DNA of 64,000 nt. Origin: Tubiluchus corallicola. Lineage: Eukaryota; Animalia; Priapulida. Shown here piece after piece: positions 1-30,900 of the stretch (position 1 is the first letter of the stretch; every line of letters begins with the position of its first letter). The notes under the pieces were generated by a model. It had not been told where the DNA came from. It saw only the letters and a list, made by a program, of their open reading frames with translations, and ran no database searches. The position numbers were made by a program, and so were the translations under genes. The stretch is from the NCBI GenBank assembly GCA_030141605.1, contig JAQGDQ010000317.1, positions 186,001 through 250,000 on the forward strand, read 5' to 3'.

Positions 1-77
1 TTCTCTGGCTTTGGCTTTACAACTGTCTTCTGCCTGCGGTCATTTGTTTGGTGTTCATATTTGATAACTAAATACAT
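1..77 (-). CDS. Putative small ORF running off the window edge, similar to the ORF at 2822-2983 (hypothetical)
   Basis: MYLVIKYEHQTNDRRQKTVVKPKPE...; TATAAA on - at 134-129; shares the ordered EH..NDR..QK..KPK pattern with the 53-aa ORF. Confidence 0.25.
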   Translation of the reverse strand, partial: MYLVIKYEHQTNDRRQKTVVKPKPE

Positions 78-724
78 TAGTGTTTGTTCTGTTTATATTG
101 CAATCAATTTTGTAACGTACCATAATGGTTTATAAATCTATTACACGTATTATGTGAATGCAAAACACCGTGAAATCACTTGTACGAAATACTGAACACA
201 TAGGATTACAGTAGGTCAATAAAAAGTAATGCGGGCTGCACGGTTCTTTTTATGTTTGTAATACAATGAATGTCTCATGAGCTGTACGTGGCAAAGACAT
301 GTGGAAGTCAATAAATTTATTAGAGGGAAACGGCAGAAAAGAGTGCATATACTTCTATAATCTGCCGCGCGTTAAAATTGCTTTCAGTCGTGGGCTTCTT
401 GATGCAATAAAATTACACACTGTAAAGCAGCACGGCAAGTGAGTGTGTAAAGTACTGAAACTGCCATAATAAAATTTCAATCTTGCATTTTGTGTAATAT
501 TGCAATCATTTTCTAGCTTTCAGCAGCGCAAGAAATGGCACAATTTATGACATTTATAGATTTACCAAACCTTGTATGACGACTGTGCTTTTCTTGAATA
601 TCAAGCTAATGTACGTAATTCATTGATTTTAACGGAGATAATGCTTTTCTAATTGTGTTATAATAAACCATTTAACCGTTATAATTCTCGAGCTGTAGAC
701 GACTAGCTCTGTCGAAAACTTTTC

Positions 725-738
725 GTTTCTATGACAAC
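725..738. promoter_or_regulatory. RFX X-box-like motif
   Basis: GTTTCTATGACAAC fits the X-box consensus GTHNYYATRRNAAC; a second copy, ATTGCCATGACAAC, is at 1932-1945. Confidence 0.35.
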
Positions 739-1349
739 GGCAGTAGCATCCTATTCTCTCTCAGTCTCCACTTTTATGAGCAGCTGAAAATGAGAGAAAA
801 ATTGGCTATCTCTGGCGATTATTATGAGATTAGTAGCTGTGGTAGCCAAAGCGCTTCTTATTGGATCTACTTAATAATTCATATAAATCGCGCTTCGTTT
901 CCTGTTATTGATCTTATTGCTGTACCCTCGTCGCCACATCAGAACCATGTACCCATCCATAAATGTATGTAATAGCAATATGGAAAACAGTAAAAGACTG
1001 CTGTTGCTGCTGCAAAACTGACCGTATAACGCAGGAGCTGCTGACAGAGGGTTATATTACATTTCACATACAAAATATTTGAGTGCTGGAATCCATTGAT
1101 AGTATAATGGAGATCACTTATTGGTCACGCTTTAGTTTTTAAATTGAAGTCCTTGAATTAAGCGCCAGTTATTGAGCAATCATAATTTAGGATAATGTAC
1201 ATTGATAATTGTTTCTGGTATCGCTTCTGTACTCTGTAGACTTTGTATATATATTAAGTGTTAACTAATAAATTACTTGTGTTTTTGAACGAACTATCTA
1301 TGTAACTATATTCTTGATAACCAGTTGTATATATCTATTCTCAACTAAT

Positions 1350-1398
1350 ATGTATATATATATATATACAGTGTACAGGTATATATATATATATATAT
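1350..1398. repeat. (TA)n microsatellite, interrupted
   Basis: Two TA runs separated by cagtgtacagg. Confidence 0.9.
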
Positions 1399-2821
1399 AA
1401 ATTGGTGCTAGGTAGATGACGTCCCTATAGGTATTCCCTAAATTAAATTAAATTAAACTTTTAGCGCATCAATGAAACTCTGGGAAGATGTTCTTTACAC
1501 TTTACTGAATAAAGGTCAGTAGTTCTTAAATAATGAATTTTGGCCATGGAGAGATCACTTATAAGCCACTCTTAAGTTTTCTATGGTTTGCCCTATGTAG
1601 GGGATGCACGTCCGTAATGCACCCTAAAATCAATTTGCATACACCTTTTTGAGTACATCAGTGAAACTTACCGAGAATATTCTTTAGATCTTACGTAGTT
1701 CTTAAATAAAGAATTTGGTACAAAACCTATTTAAGAACAACTCTAAAGCGAAGGCATGATTACCATTTAAGCACACCTAAAGTATGTCAGTGAGAAATTT
1801 TCAACCTATATTGTTAAATGCATAAGTACCAGTATCATTTATAAATGTATACTTATGGGACAGATCGTAAAAGGTAGACACTGCTATCCCACTGGCAAGT
1901 CAGCATGGATTGCAGCTTATTTAGTTACAGTATTGCCATGACAACGGCAAAATGGTTAAATCATCTCAAAATTCAGTTGAGCTTTATCTTCTGCACCATG
2001 ATATACGCATGGGGGAATCCATCAATACATCAAATTTCATTGATATATGTGAGGTATGTTTTCAGGTATACCCCCCAAAATGGCTCCCTATTTACGTCGT
2101 TCTAATACGTTGTTCATCAAATTCATTATATAAGAACTACTGATCTTTATTCAAAAAACATTTTCACAAAGTTTTATTGTTGTACTGAAAGTATGATTTA
2201 AATTTGTTTTGAGATTATCACTTTAGGGCGCCTCCTAACGTAATTCACCAATTTGAAAACTTAACCTACCACGCTTTTATCAGTGGATTTCCGTACTCAA
2301 AAACCTTCTGTACGTGAAATGTATTATAAATCTGTCAGCTCCATGACTAGTACTAGTAGACGTGGTTACTAGTTTCCAATTTTCTTGTTCACTTTAGGAA
2401 TTGATCCAGGGTTATCATTTTGATTAAATACGTAGAGCAGTGGGACCACTTTGAGTTATGGTTGGCTGTATTGTTTGGGGATTTGATACTGTAAAAACGC
2501 ACAAGGAAGAATAGCTACTTGCAAATACATGCCTGCTTTGCAGTTGACTGAGCGAGGTATTTCCTTCCTATCTTTTTGTCGGAGCCAAATGTATTGAAAG
2601 AGAGTGTTACCGCGATTAGGATTTGACAGTATCTTCTCACGTCACGCGAGTTTCTGCCTGACAATGGCTAAGCGTGAACAAGAGACTTGAACAAAATGTT
2701 TGGAGCATCAGATTGTCGAGAAACTTTTAACATTATCGCATTTCACGCCTTTTATTGGGTTTTGTATCCACTTTCAATGTTGCGTTGTTAGCGTCTACAC
2801 TGTCTAGCCTTGAGCTGCTGC

Positions 2822-2983
2822 TCAAAAAACCTTCACCTCTTTCCACACGTCTAATGTCAATACTGGGTCACACAATTTTTGTTTCCTTGTAGCTTTTGGC
2901 TTATCGTCTTTGTATTTTTGGTTTACCCACATTCGGTCATTGCTAAACGTGTGTTCCATTAAGCCATTGAAATGAATCCCCAT
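2822..2983 (-). CDS. Putative 53-aa small ORF nested antisense in the upstream MRCK intron (hypothetical)
   Basis: MGIHFNGLMEHTFSNDRMWVNQKYKDDKPKATRKQKLCDPVLTLDVWKEVKVF*; strong Kozak context (ACGATGG); AATAAA on - at 2756-2751; locally CpG-rich. No family recognised. Confidence 0.35.
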   Translation of the reverse strand: MGIHFNGLMEHTFSNDRMWVNQKYKDDKPKATRKQKLCDPVLTLDVWKEVKVF

Positions 2984-3898
2984 CGTGTCTCTGGTCACGT
3001 CCTTCTTCGCTGACCTTGAGCATCGTTTTCTGAATCTTTCAGTTACTGTGCATCTGCAGCAGAGAGGCTCATTTTTGCAATCAATTATTTTAGCTGCAGC
3101 GATTGTTATTAAAATCACTTATAGGTTATAGTTGGGTAGTTGGGGTCATAAAAACAATTCACTGTCACCAATCCATTGCAATTTATGGACGATTTTCTTT
3201 GGCAAGTTTAGGTCTGTCACTTTCCTAATTCGACTAGATGTGGTTCTAGTAATACAAATGAAACAAAGAAGTAGAATATATGTACATTTTGACAGTATGG
3301 TTGCTAACTTTTGTAATACGACTAATCACTGTTGTTATTTCATTTTATAGAACGATTAAAAAAGTGCAAAGGTGCTGCTGTTGCTCTCTACATTAGAAGA
3401 CTGGCACACAGTCCATACTAACATAAATTAATTTTTAACAGTAAATTTTAAATCCCACAATTAAAAAGCAAGGAAAAAAGAAAGAAAAAATAGCACATTT
3501 CAAACTGGCATTGGAATCGTGGTGTTTTTTGTTCTTTGTTTTTGATTGTGAGATTTTTTAATTCATATTGCATAACTTGCCGTTACATGAAGCATTTTCG
3601 CTGTGAATTGTAATAGTGTAATGAGATGCGGGCGGGCGCGCATATGCGCATACCGTGTTTTTCATTGTGAGGATTTATGACCTGTCTGGGGACTATTATC
3701 TTCACTAACAGGTTTTACTGTAATTAAAATCATGGGCAAGAAGGTCAAGATGACACTATAAACCCTTTATGCGACTCGTCGTATTATTATGCTCGTTTCT
3801 GTTCTCAGATGGGAAGGGTCACCAGACATGACTCAGATTGTTACCCACAAAATATAAATTTCCAGTCGATGTGCTAATTTTTGCTTGCAGTTTGCACA

Positions 3899-4010
3899 TA
3901 TGTGTTTGTGTATTTGCATTTGCGTGCTTGTGCGCGTGCTGTTTGTGTTTTATGTGTGCGTGTGTGTGTGTGTGTGCGTGCAGGCTGCGTGCATATGTGT
4001 ATACATGTGC
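3899..4010. repeat. (TG)n / TGCG low-complexity microsatellite
   Basis: Core tgtgtgtgtgtgtgtg at ~3959-3976 within a degenerate TG-rich tract; explains the spurious ORFs 3819-4028 and 3838-4089. Confidence 0.85.
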
Positions 4011-5683
4011 GTTCTTGCATGAAAACAAGTTACCTACATTGGCTTATTGCATCTCCTTGATAAACAGATACTTTCAAAGATACTTTTAAAACATTATGTA
4101 AATTGTACATTAAAGCTGTAAATAGCTAAAAATGTACCAAAAACCACAGAAATAATTGTGGGGCCTTTGTAAGGCTTTAAAAGTACACAGTTGTTGAACA
4201 TTGGACCTACTTCACAATTAATTGAAGTGAGTGACAGACATTTATTAAAAAAGATCGTAATTGAAATATTGCATTATTACACTTTAATAGCTTTTTAGAT
4301 TTTGAACTTATTTTTAATCTAAAACTTGGACAACAATACAAGGAAAATGTTCTTGTAGTATTTTCAAAAAGCTCAGTTTTCTGAATAATTCAAAATGTTG
4401 TGAAGTATGTAATCTTTGGTCTTTCAGTAGTATAAGGCTTGTCTTAAAGCTAAAAGACAAAAATAGGTTTAAACAACAAACATTTGTGATTACTCATTAA
4501 GTCAACATCATTACATTGCATGTAAAGAGATTTCTCACATCAAAATCATACAAAAAAAGAAGTGTTGCTCAGTAAATTGTGCACGTTTTCTTTCTTCATG
4601 TGCTCTGGTTGCTGGTACACTAAAGTCAATAACATAGTTTAAATTAATTTACTTCACGGGTGTGTAGGAGTGATTTAGGATGAGTAAGCCCATACTTTTT
4701 TGATGCAAAGGATTTATTATACACACATTTACTATACAAGCTATATACAGTGTTAACAAATAAATCACTCTACAAATATTACCTGTCCTGAATAGTAGTG
4801 AACAAATTTGAATGTTGTACATGCGTAGGAATATAAACTCAATGTAATAAACACACTTCTTACTCTTTGCTTTTTATACCAGTATCCACACTGACAGTTT
4901 TTGAATTATTGATATTTTGATTTTTGACAACAGTGTTATTGCCGTCATTATGCAAGGCGTGAGCAGATTTTCACTTTTTAGAGAAGCTATTTGTGACCTG
5001 CATAATAATTAGATTTGCCGACATAGGCAGTCTCTTTAAATATTTGCCTAGGCTAAGCATTTGTTAAAAAGTGTCAAAGTTTTGAGTGATGCATTGAGTT
5101 TAAAGTCGTCCTATGGTGACAGATGGCAAGTACATCAACGAGTCAGGTGAACTTGTCAGGCGGTAATGAAGACAGGTGCAAAAGATTAAGCTTTAGGGTT
5201 TTTTACTCAATGTAGACAAACGTGACACTGGTGTTGCTTTTGGGAATGTTCAGTCAATTGTCGTTGTCAAATCCAGACAGTTACTTCAACCAAAAACGAA
5301 AAAAGACATAGCATAACTTTATGCTGGTTGCAATAGACTTCTTAGTGCTTTCATAAACTGAAGAAGCAAAAAGGTGGAAATTCAAACTACTCCATTTTGT
5401 TGTTTGGTATTAGGCCTACCGGATCTTTAAAATTCTGCAGGGGTTGTCAAATTAATAATTATCACAGTGGCACCTCTTAATATTTTTATTTATTGACTAG
5501 GAGCACAAAGACGATGTGATTTGACTTTCAAATGCCTTTTTTAGATGAAATTTGTTATTCAGTGATATAAATTTCTTAGCAAAAATCTAAAATTAAAAAA
5601 AAATATTTGCTGTATGAAATTGCTGATAATAGCTGTGCAGATGCCAGTTTTTCTTTTTCATGGAGTTTTTTTGTTTTCTGCAG

Positions 5684-25298
<19,615 letters not shown>

Positions 25299-26075
25299 TT
25301 TATGAATGGAAGTGTGTAATCCTATTTCAAAAGAGTGTCTCAATAGTATCAAATGCCCGAGTGTCTTGTATGAATGTGATTGTTGGATAGTGTCACGTTA
25401 GTAACAAAATCAGTTCAGCTTCAAGATGCTTCATTGCGTTAAAATTAAACAATTTCGATTCTCGACAAGCACATTTTATAGTGGCACAGATATAAATATT
25501 GTGTTAGTCTGGTTCTAATGCAAAATAATGATATTTGCTTCGAGACAAAAGTAATTGTTAATTAGGCAGAGTTATATGAATTGTCGCTGTAAATTAATTG
25601 CTGGTTAGTTGCCTGTTGATGTGTATGCAGTTTAGACGCCATGCTTTTCTTACAGGTATGGGTACGCTTAAATATAAGTAATATATTGGTAAATTAATAG
25701 CTTAATTGTTGAGTAGGAAAAAACTAGTTATTAATAATTATTAACACTTGCAGTTATGACTGAAAATGTACGAGACTGGAACAGGGTGATTTTTTTTGTA
25801 CATAAGATGACAAGATGTGCCTCTGGCCTATCAGCTAGCATTAGGTTTTTGTTATTATAGTAATAATGTGATTCACATTGTTGTTTAGGACGTTGTACGA
25901 ATATTGTGTGTACTGTTTTTGTTCATGATTGGGCACTCTCCTTAATGTAATTTACTATTGTTATTGTAATTTATAGCAAAAAATCAAGTGCTTTAAATTA
26001 TAATTCTTTCGTACTACAAAACTTTGCATCTACCTTCTGGTGTTTTTCTAATTCTTATTCTCACATTTCGAGTGG

Positions 26076-26081
26076 AATAAA
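26076..26081 (+). terminator. Candidate MRCK polyadenylation signal
   Basis: First clear AATAAA ~780 nt after the stop codon, followed by a T/GT-rich tract (ctttttgtttt). Confidence 0.45.
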
Positions 26082-27469
26082 ACACATTATATCGCTTCTA
26101 CTTTTTGTTTTCATTGGCAACGTTGTTACACTATTTAAGTATGCCGATTAAGTTGAAGGATGAAATGTAGAACTGATTTGTTATTCACCTGCCATATTAA
26201 GTATATATTAACATTGTGTACATGTATGTACATTTAGTATTACAGGCAGGCTGCTTATGCCAAGAAAAGGCCAGTTTTGCTTTTTGTCATACTATCAGAC
26301 ATTAACTATTACATTCTGGTCTAATCTAATTTATGGACAGGAGAAATTACTATGAAGGATAATAAAATTATTTATGAAACATACAGGTTACTTTAACATT
26401 CTAAGTTTGGTAGCAAATGTTAAAAATGTGTGTAGTAGGTTTTCATGAAATCTTTGTTTATGTGTAACTGCATTAATGAGGTAGATGATGCATTTTAATG
26501 TTATGGACATGTCCTGTGCTAGATATTAAGCCAGTGCTTTTGCATGAGTTTGTCACATTTAAATGGTATTGACTACATCTATTTATGTTACTTATAAAAA
26601 TATAAATTACCATGTTGCTGTTACAACAGTGGAAGACAGAAATTATCCTCAATATTTATAGCCAGGTTGGATACATAGTTTTATCACTGTGTTCTTTAAT
26701 ATTCTCATTTTGTAAATAATAACAGCTATATATATATGTTAATGCTTATTGGGATTTGTAACAATCTTATGGAGCACACACCTGCATGAGAAACTGGAAC
26801 TTGTCATAAAATTTAAAATATCGAACATATTAAATTTATCAGTTAGTAGTAGAATGACAAGTAGCTCCAGTAGGCTGCGTGATGAATGAAAATGAATAAA
26901 TGTGGCTTTTAATTTAGAACGGAGATTTGCAATGCAATTGAAAATTAAGCATAACTCTCAAATTACTTTTCAAGCACAAACTAAAATAATTACCTTTTCT
27001 CTATAGTACTGCCTCATTGTAAAAACATGTTTGTGTTTTAATGGCTTACATTTGAAAGTAATTATTATTATTATATGTAAAGAAAATGATTATTGTATCA
27101 GTTGTTGTGTTTTGTGATGTGTACATAACATTAATAGCATTAAATAATGCACGTAACAATATCTACTGCTATCTTTGTATATTTTTTACAAATTATAACA
27201 AAACAGCTCCTTTGCATATAATACTTTAAGTAAAAGTTTGTATCACTTGACTGATCCATTTTCTGAATTACAGACTCTGTTATGAGATTCTTTATCAATA
27301 CTTATTTTAAAAGTTAAGGTAAGATTCAACTATCATAAGGTCATAAGGTGCTATAAAGTTCGTAAGCCTGCAGCTATCATTCCAATCATCAGACATCGAT
27401 TATTTTGTAATTACATTCTCCCTTATCTGTTGAATCTTTTTCTTTGCATTTTCTTACCTTTGTCTCTTT

Positions 27470-27592
27470 GTTTTCTTTCAGTTTTTCTTTTTCTTCACTT
27501 CATATTTTGTGGTTATTTTGCATTTCTTATTGCCGTCTTTCTTCGTTTTCTTTCAGTTTTTCTTTTTCCTCACTCCATATTTTGTGGTTATT
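27470..27592. repeat. Tandem duplication, 75-bp period
   Basis: gttttctttcagtttttctttttc(t/c)tcact(t/c)catattttgtggttattt at 27470 and 27545. Confidence 0.85.
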
Positions 27593-27933
27593 TAGTAATC
27601 CAGCTAACCGATTTTGTACTTTGATACCATTTCTATCACTGCATAGTGCACAGGACAACATTCTTCCATCCGCATTCTCCATCTTGCGGGTAAACTGTAC
27701 ATTTAGTTTTTAAGCGAGTATAAAGTTAAGGGGGTACTCGCAGGTGCTTTCAAGGTAGTATTTACCAATAGTATTATAGTTCACACAGTCAGTAAAAATC
27801 TGATTAGCATGCCAAATTTTTACTCTAAGGCACAAATCTATAAAGGGCTAACAAAATAAAAAATTTTCTGTATTTTTTAAGAGTTGTACCTTAGATCTGA
27901 ATCTATAGAAACTTCAATTACTGCAACCAAAAG

Positions 27934-30900
27934 TCATTTTAAAATCCTATACAAGTAGTGCTTAATTCCAGATGTATTCGCAATTTCAGAGAAATGAACA
28001 GTTTGTTTGGGATAAAACTTTTCTAGTAAGTTAAGACGTAATTCAGGATCCTCGTCTGTTATCATACCAAACACACCACCAGGTGATGTCACTCGTAGGG
28101 CTTCTGCAAATATTCTGTGAGCCATGTTCTCACCATTGCCATGGTCTTTTAAAGCAGAATCCATAGTGCCTTTATCAAGAACCAATCCAAATTTGTCTGA
28201 CTGCAGTGGAAGATTTGTTGCATTGGCGATTATATACTGCATTGTTCCGAAATGTTCTGGGGTGCTGCCATCTAGCGGATGAGACGCTAGCCACTTACTG
28301 GCAATTCTTTTTGACATCAGCACGGCCTTTGGTGAAAAGTCTAAGCAATAAACATGAGCAGAGAATTCCCTCATTAAGTGCAATGATATGGCAGATGTTC
28401 CACAACCAATATCCAGTACCTGGAACAAAGTGTTATTTTACAGATTAGCAATGCATGCAGGTGATCAAATTAATGTTAATTTAACTAACTGCTACCTGCA
28501 TAGTGCCATAAGTACTATGCTGCAATAATTACATGTATTAATAATACAATAAACCCAATGAAATAAAAACAAATATGAGAGATCGTAAAGTAACCCACAT
28601 ACTGTTTCCATCTCTTTCAGTCTGTGTCTACGTGAAGAGTATAATTTACAGTAGTGTACGGCTGTTAATTTTGTCGAAATGATATTCCTCGAGAATTTGT
28701 ACTCAATTTGTGAAAATGATACGCCAGGAAAAGTTGCTGCTAACAACTAATTCTGTCATTTTGGCAACAGAATACACGCAGAAAGAAATGGATAAACATT
28801 CATGGCATGATTCGTTGCAGTATTGCCAATATTAGTAGCAATAATTATTGTTAAATGCTTGCCTGGTAATTCTACCAAGAGGTGTTTTACTGTTTATCCT
28901 TTCCACTACTAGTGATCATTCTAGGCCAGTTTGTAAAAATATATTTTTGACGTTATGACATTTTTGTATTGCATTTGGAAATATTAAAACAATTGTCATT
29001 AGAAATGTAAAGGAGGTCTTCAAATCCTGCTCAGGGCAGTTTGATACCTTGCTCGGATAAATAAAGCTTTCCAGGCCAAGGATATTCCATCCTGCTGTTG
29101 ATAACAGAAACTAAAAATTAAACGTATATAATAAGTATATCAAGTGATCATTAGCTTAATTTAGGTAAATATTGCAAAAATGTAGCATACTAAATACTAT
29201 ATTCATTTCTTTACTATCAACTATTAAAATTTCATAATTGCATAAATTTACTGTTTTACAAATGAATGACGGCGGATTTCAATTTACTTTTGACAACTTT
29301 CTGCTGGTATCATAACTTTTAATAAATGTCTTGAAAAAGCAGCTGCCCTGCAGCATGAAAGTATATATAAATGAAATGTCAAAAAAGATCTTGAGAGTTT
29401 GAATTCAAAGAACGTGACAGTAGATCAAACATAACACGGCTCAGCATGTATAATCTTCTATTTGTCCTTATTGTCTGCACTTTAACACAAAGGTAAGTGC
29501 AGTTAAGCAGTAATGAAACGACTGCTAGTAAAAGATTGATTTAACAGGTTTTTTGTAAAATATTTTCGTGCAATCGCCCATATCTTTAAAAAATTTGTAA
29601 TATGTCAGTAGAAACAGTGAAAACAGTTGCATTATTCGTCTCACTAGTTTGCAATTTTGCTGACTATAGTCATCACGCCAGAAAATCATTTCCAATATTT
29701 CTTAATTTATATGGTATTTCATAGTTCTGTGTACCTATTACAGAGTAATATTGGGTGCAGATAATCGAGGAACATGTTACCCGTGCTGTCCAGATAAAGC
29801 TTGTTTTAAAGACACACTCAACGACGAAATAATACCTTGTCCAACTCTGACTGACAGTGACTGTCCTCACGGAATTGTAACTGATCCATGCGAATGCTGT
29901 CAAGTTTGTGGACTGGTAAGCTTACAAATTCCAATTAATAATAATAATAATTACGAATTACAAAAATAGTTTTCGTGATTTAGAATTTTAAAGATTTTAT
30001 AAAGCTATCACACAGTTTAAAAAAAGGAACTGAAACAATTGAACTTAATCCACATTTGACCCCTACAAACCTAGAGAACTCCTTACAGTGATCAAAAATT
30101 ATTGAACGTGAACTAATATTTTGCACATTTTTATTTCGTAATTAAACAGAAATTATACCATGTAATTATTTTACATATCTTCAACACTGTTTCTTATTGT
30201 TTTATTCTCCTATTCTTGGTTACAGCAACTATAGTGCCATTGAAACAGCAAGCTTGCGACTAGGCCTCCACTGCATATTTCATAAAATAAATCATTATTG
30301 CTGATTATTTAAACAGTTCTGTGCATGCTGCACCAGTATCCAGCATTTCAATCGCAAAGCCTAGTACTGATAATGTTGAGTGGTTGTGAAAAGACCATAA
30401 GTTAGTTAATTATCAAGAAATCAAGAATAATTCTCTTAAGATCAGACATTGAACCTACAGAAATGTCACATTCGGGTTCACATAATTATATTCTTGCTCA
30501 TCAAGAAAAATGGGTGGAGACAGCGTGGCAGATGAAACAAGTAAAAAAGCAGTTTTCCCAGTGGTCATCATCCACTTACATACCAGGGTACTTAACTACC
30601 CAGGTACCCAAGTGCCCAGCATACACCATGATCACCCAGTATTGTTGCTCCATGTTTGCATAAATTGTTTTATTTGTAGAAGCCTAACAGCTTTTTAAAA
30701 CGATTTTTTTGTCAGGGTCCCGGAGAAAACTGCTATGGTCCAACAGGTTGGTGTGGTGAAGACATGACTTGTGTCACATTAGACATAACTAAGCAGAACC
30801 GAATTGTTCCGGTACCAGTGATGGAGATCAATGTCAAGCAGGCTGGAAAGTGCCTGAGAGACTTTGCAAGCATTGTTAACGAAGTTTTAAAGTAGAAAGA

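Noticed and set aside
3819-4089. ORFs of 69 and 83 aa on both strands
   Set aside because: They are translations of a TG microsatellite.
27870-27936. Stop-codon readthrough at CSKMT TGA-C
   Set aside because: The context is TGA CTT rather than TGA CTA(G), and the 19-aa extension has no recognisable motif.
29048-29094. Exon-like segment on - inside the CSKMT intron (cagcag|...CAAG|gtatca)
   Set aside because: It is 44 or 47 nt, so it would frameshift; it has no recognisable homology and could at most be a poison exon.
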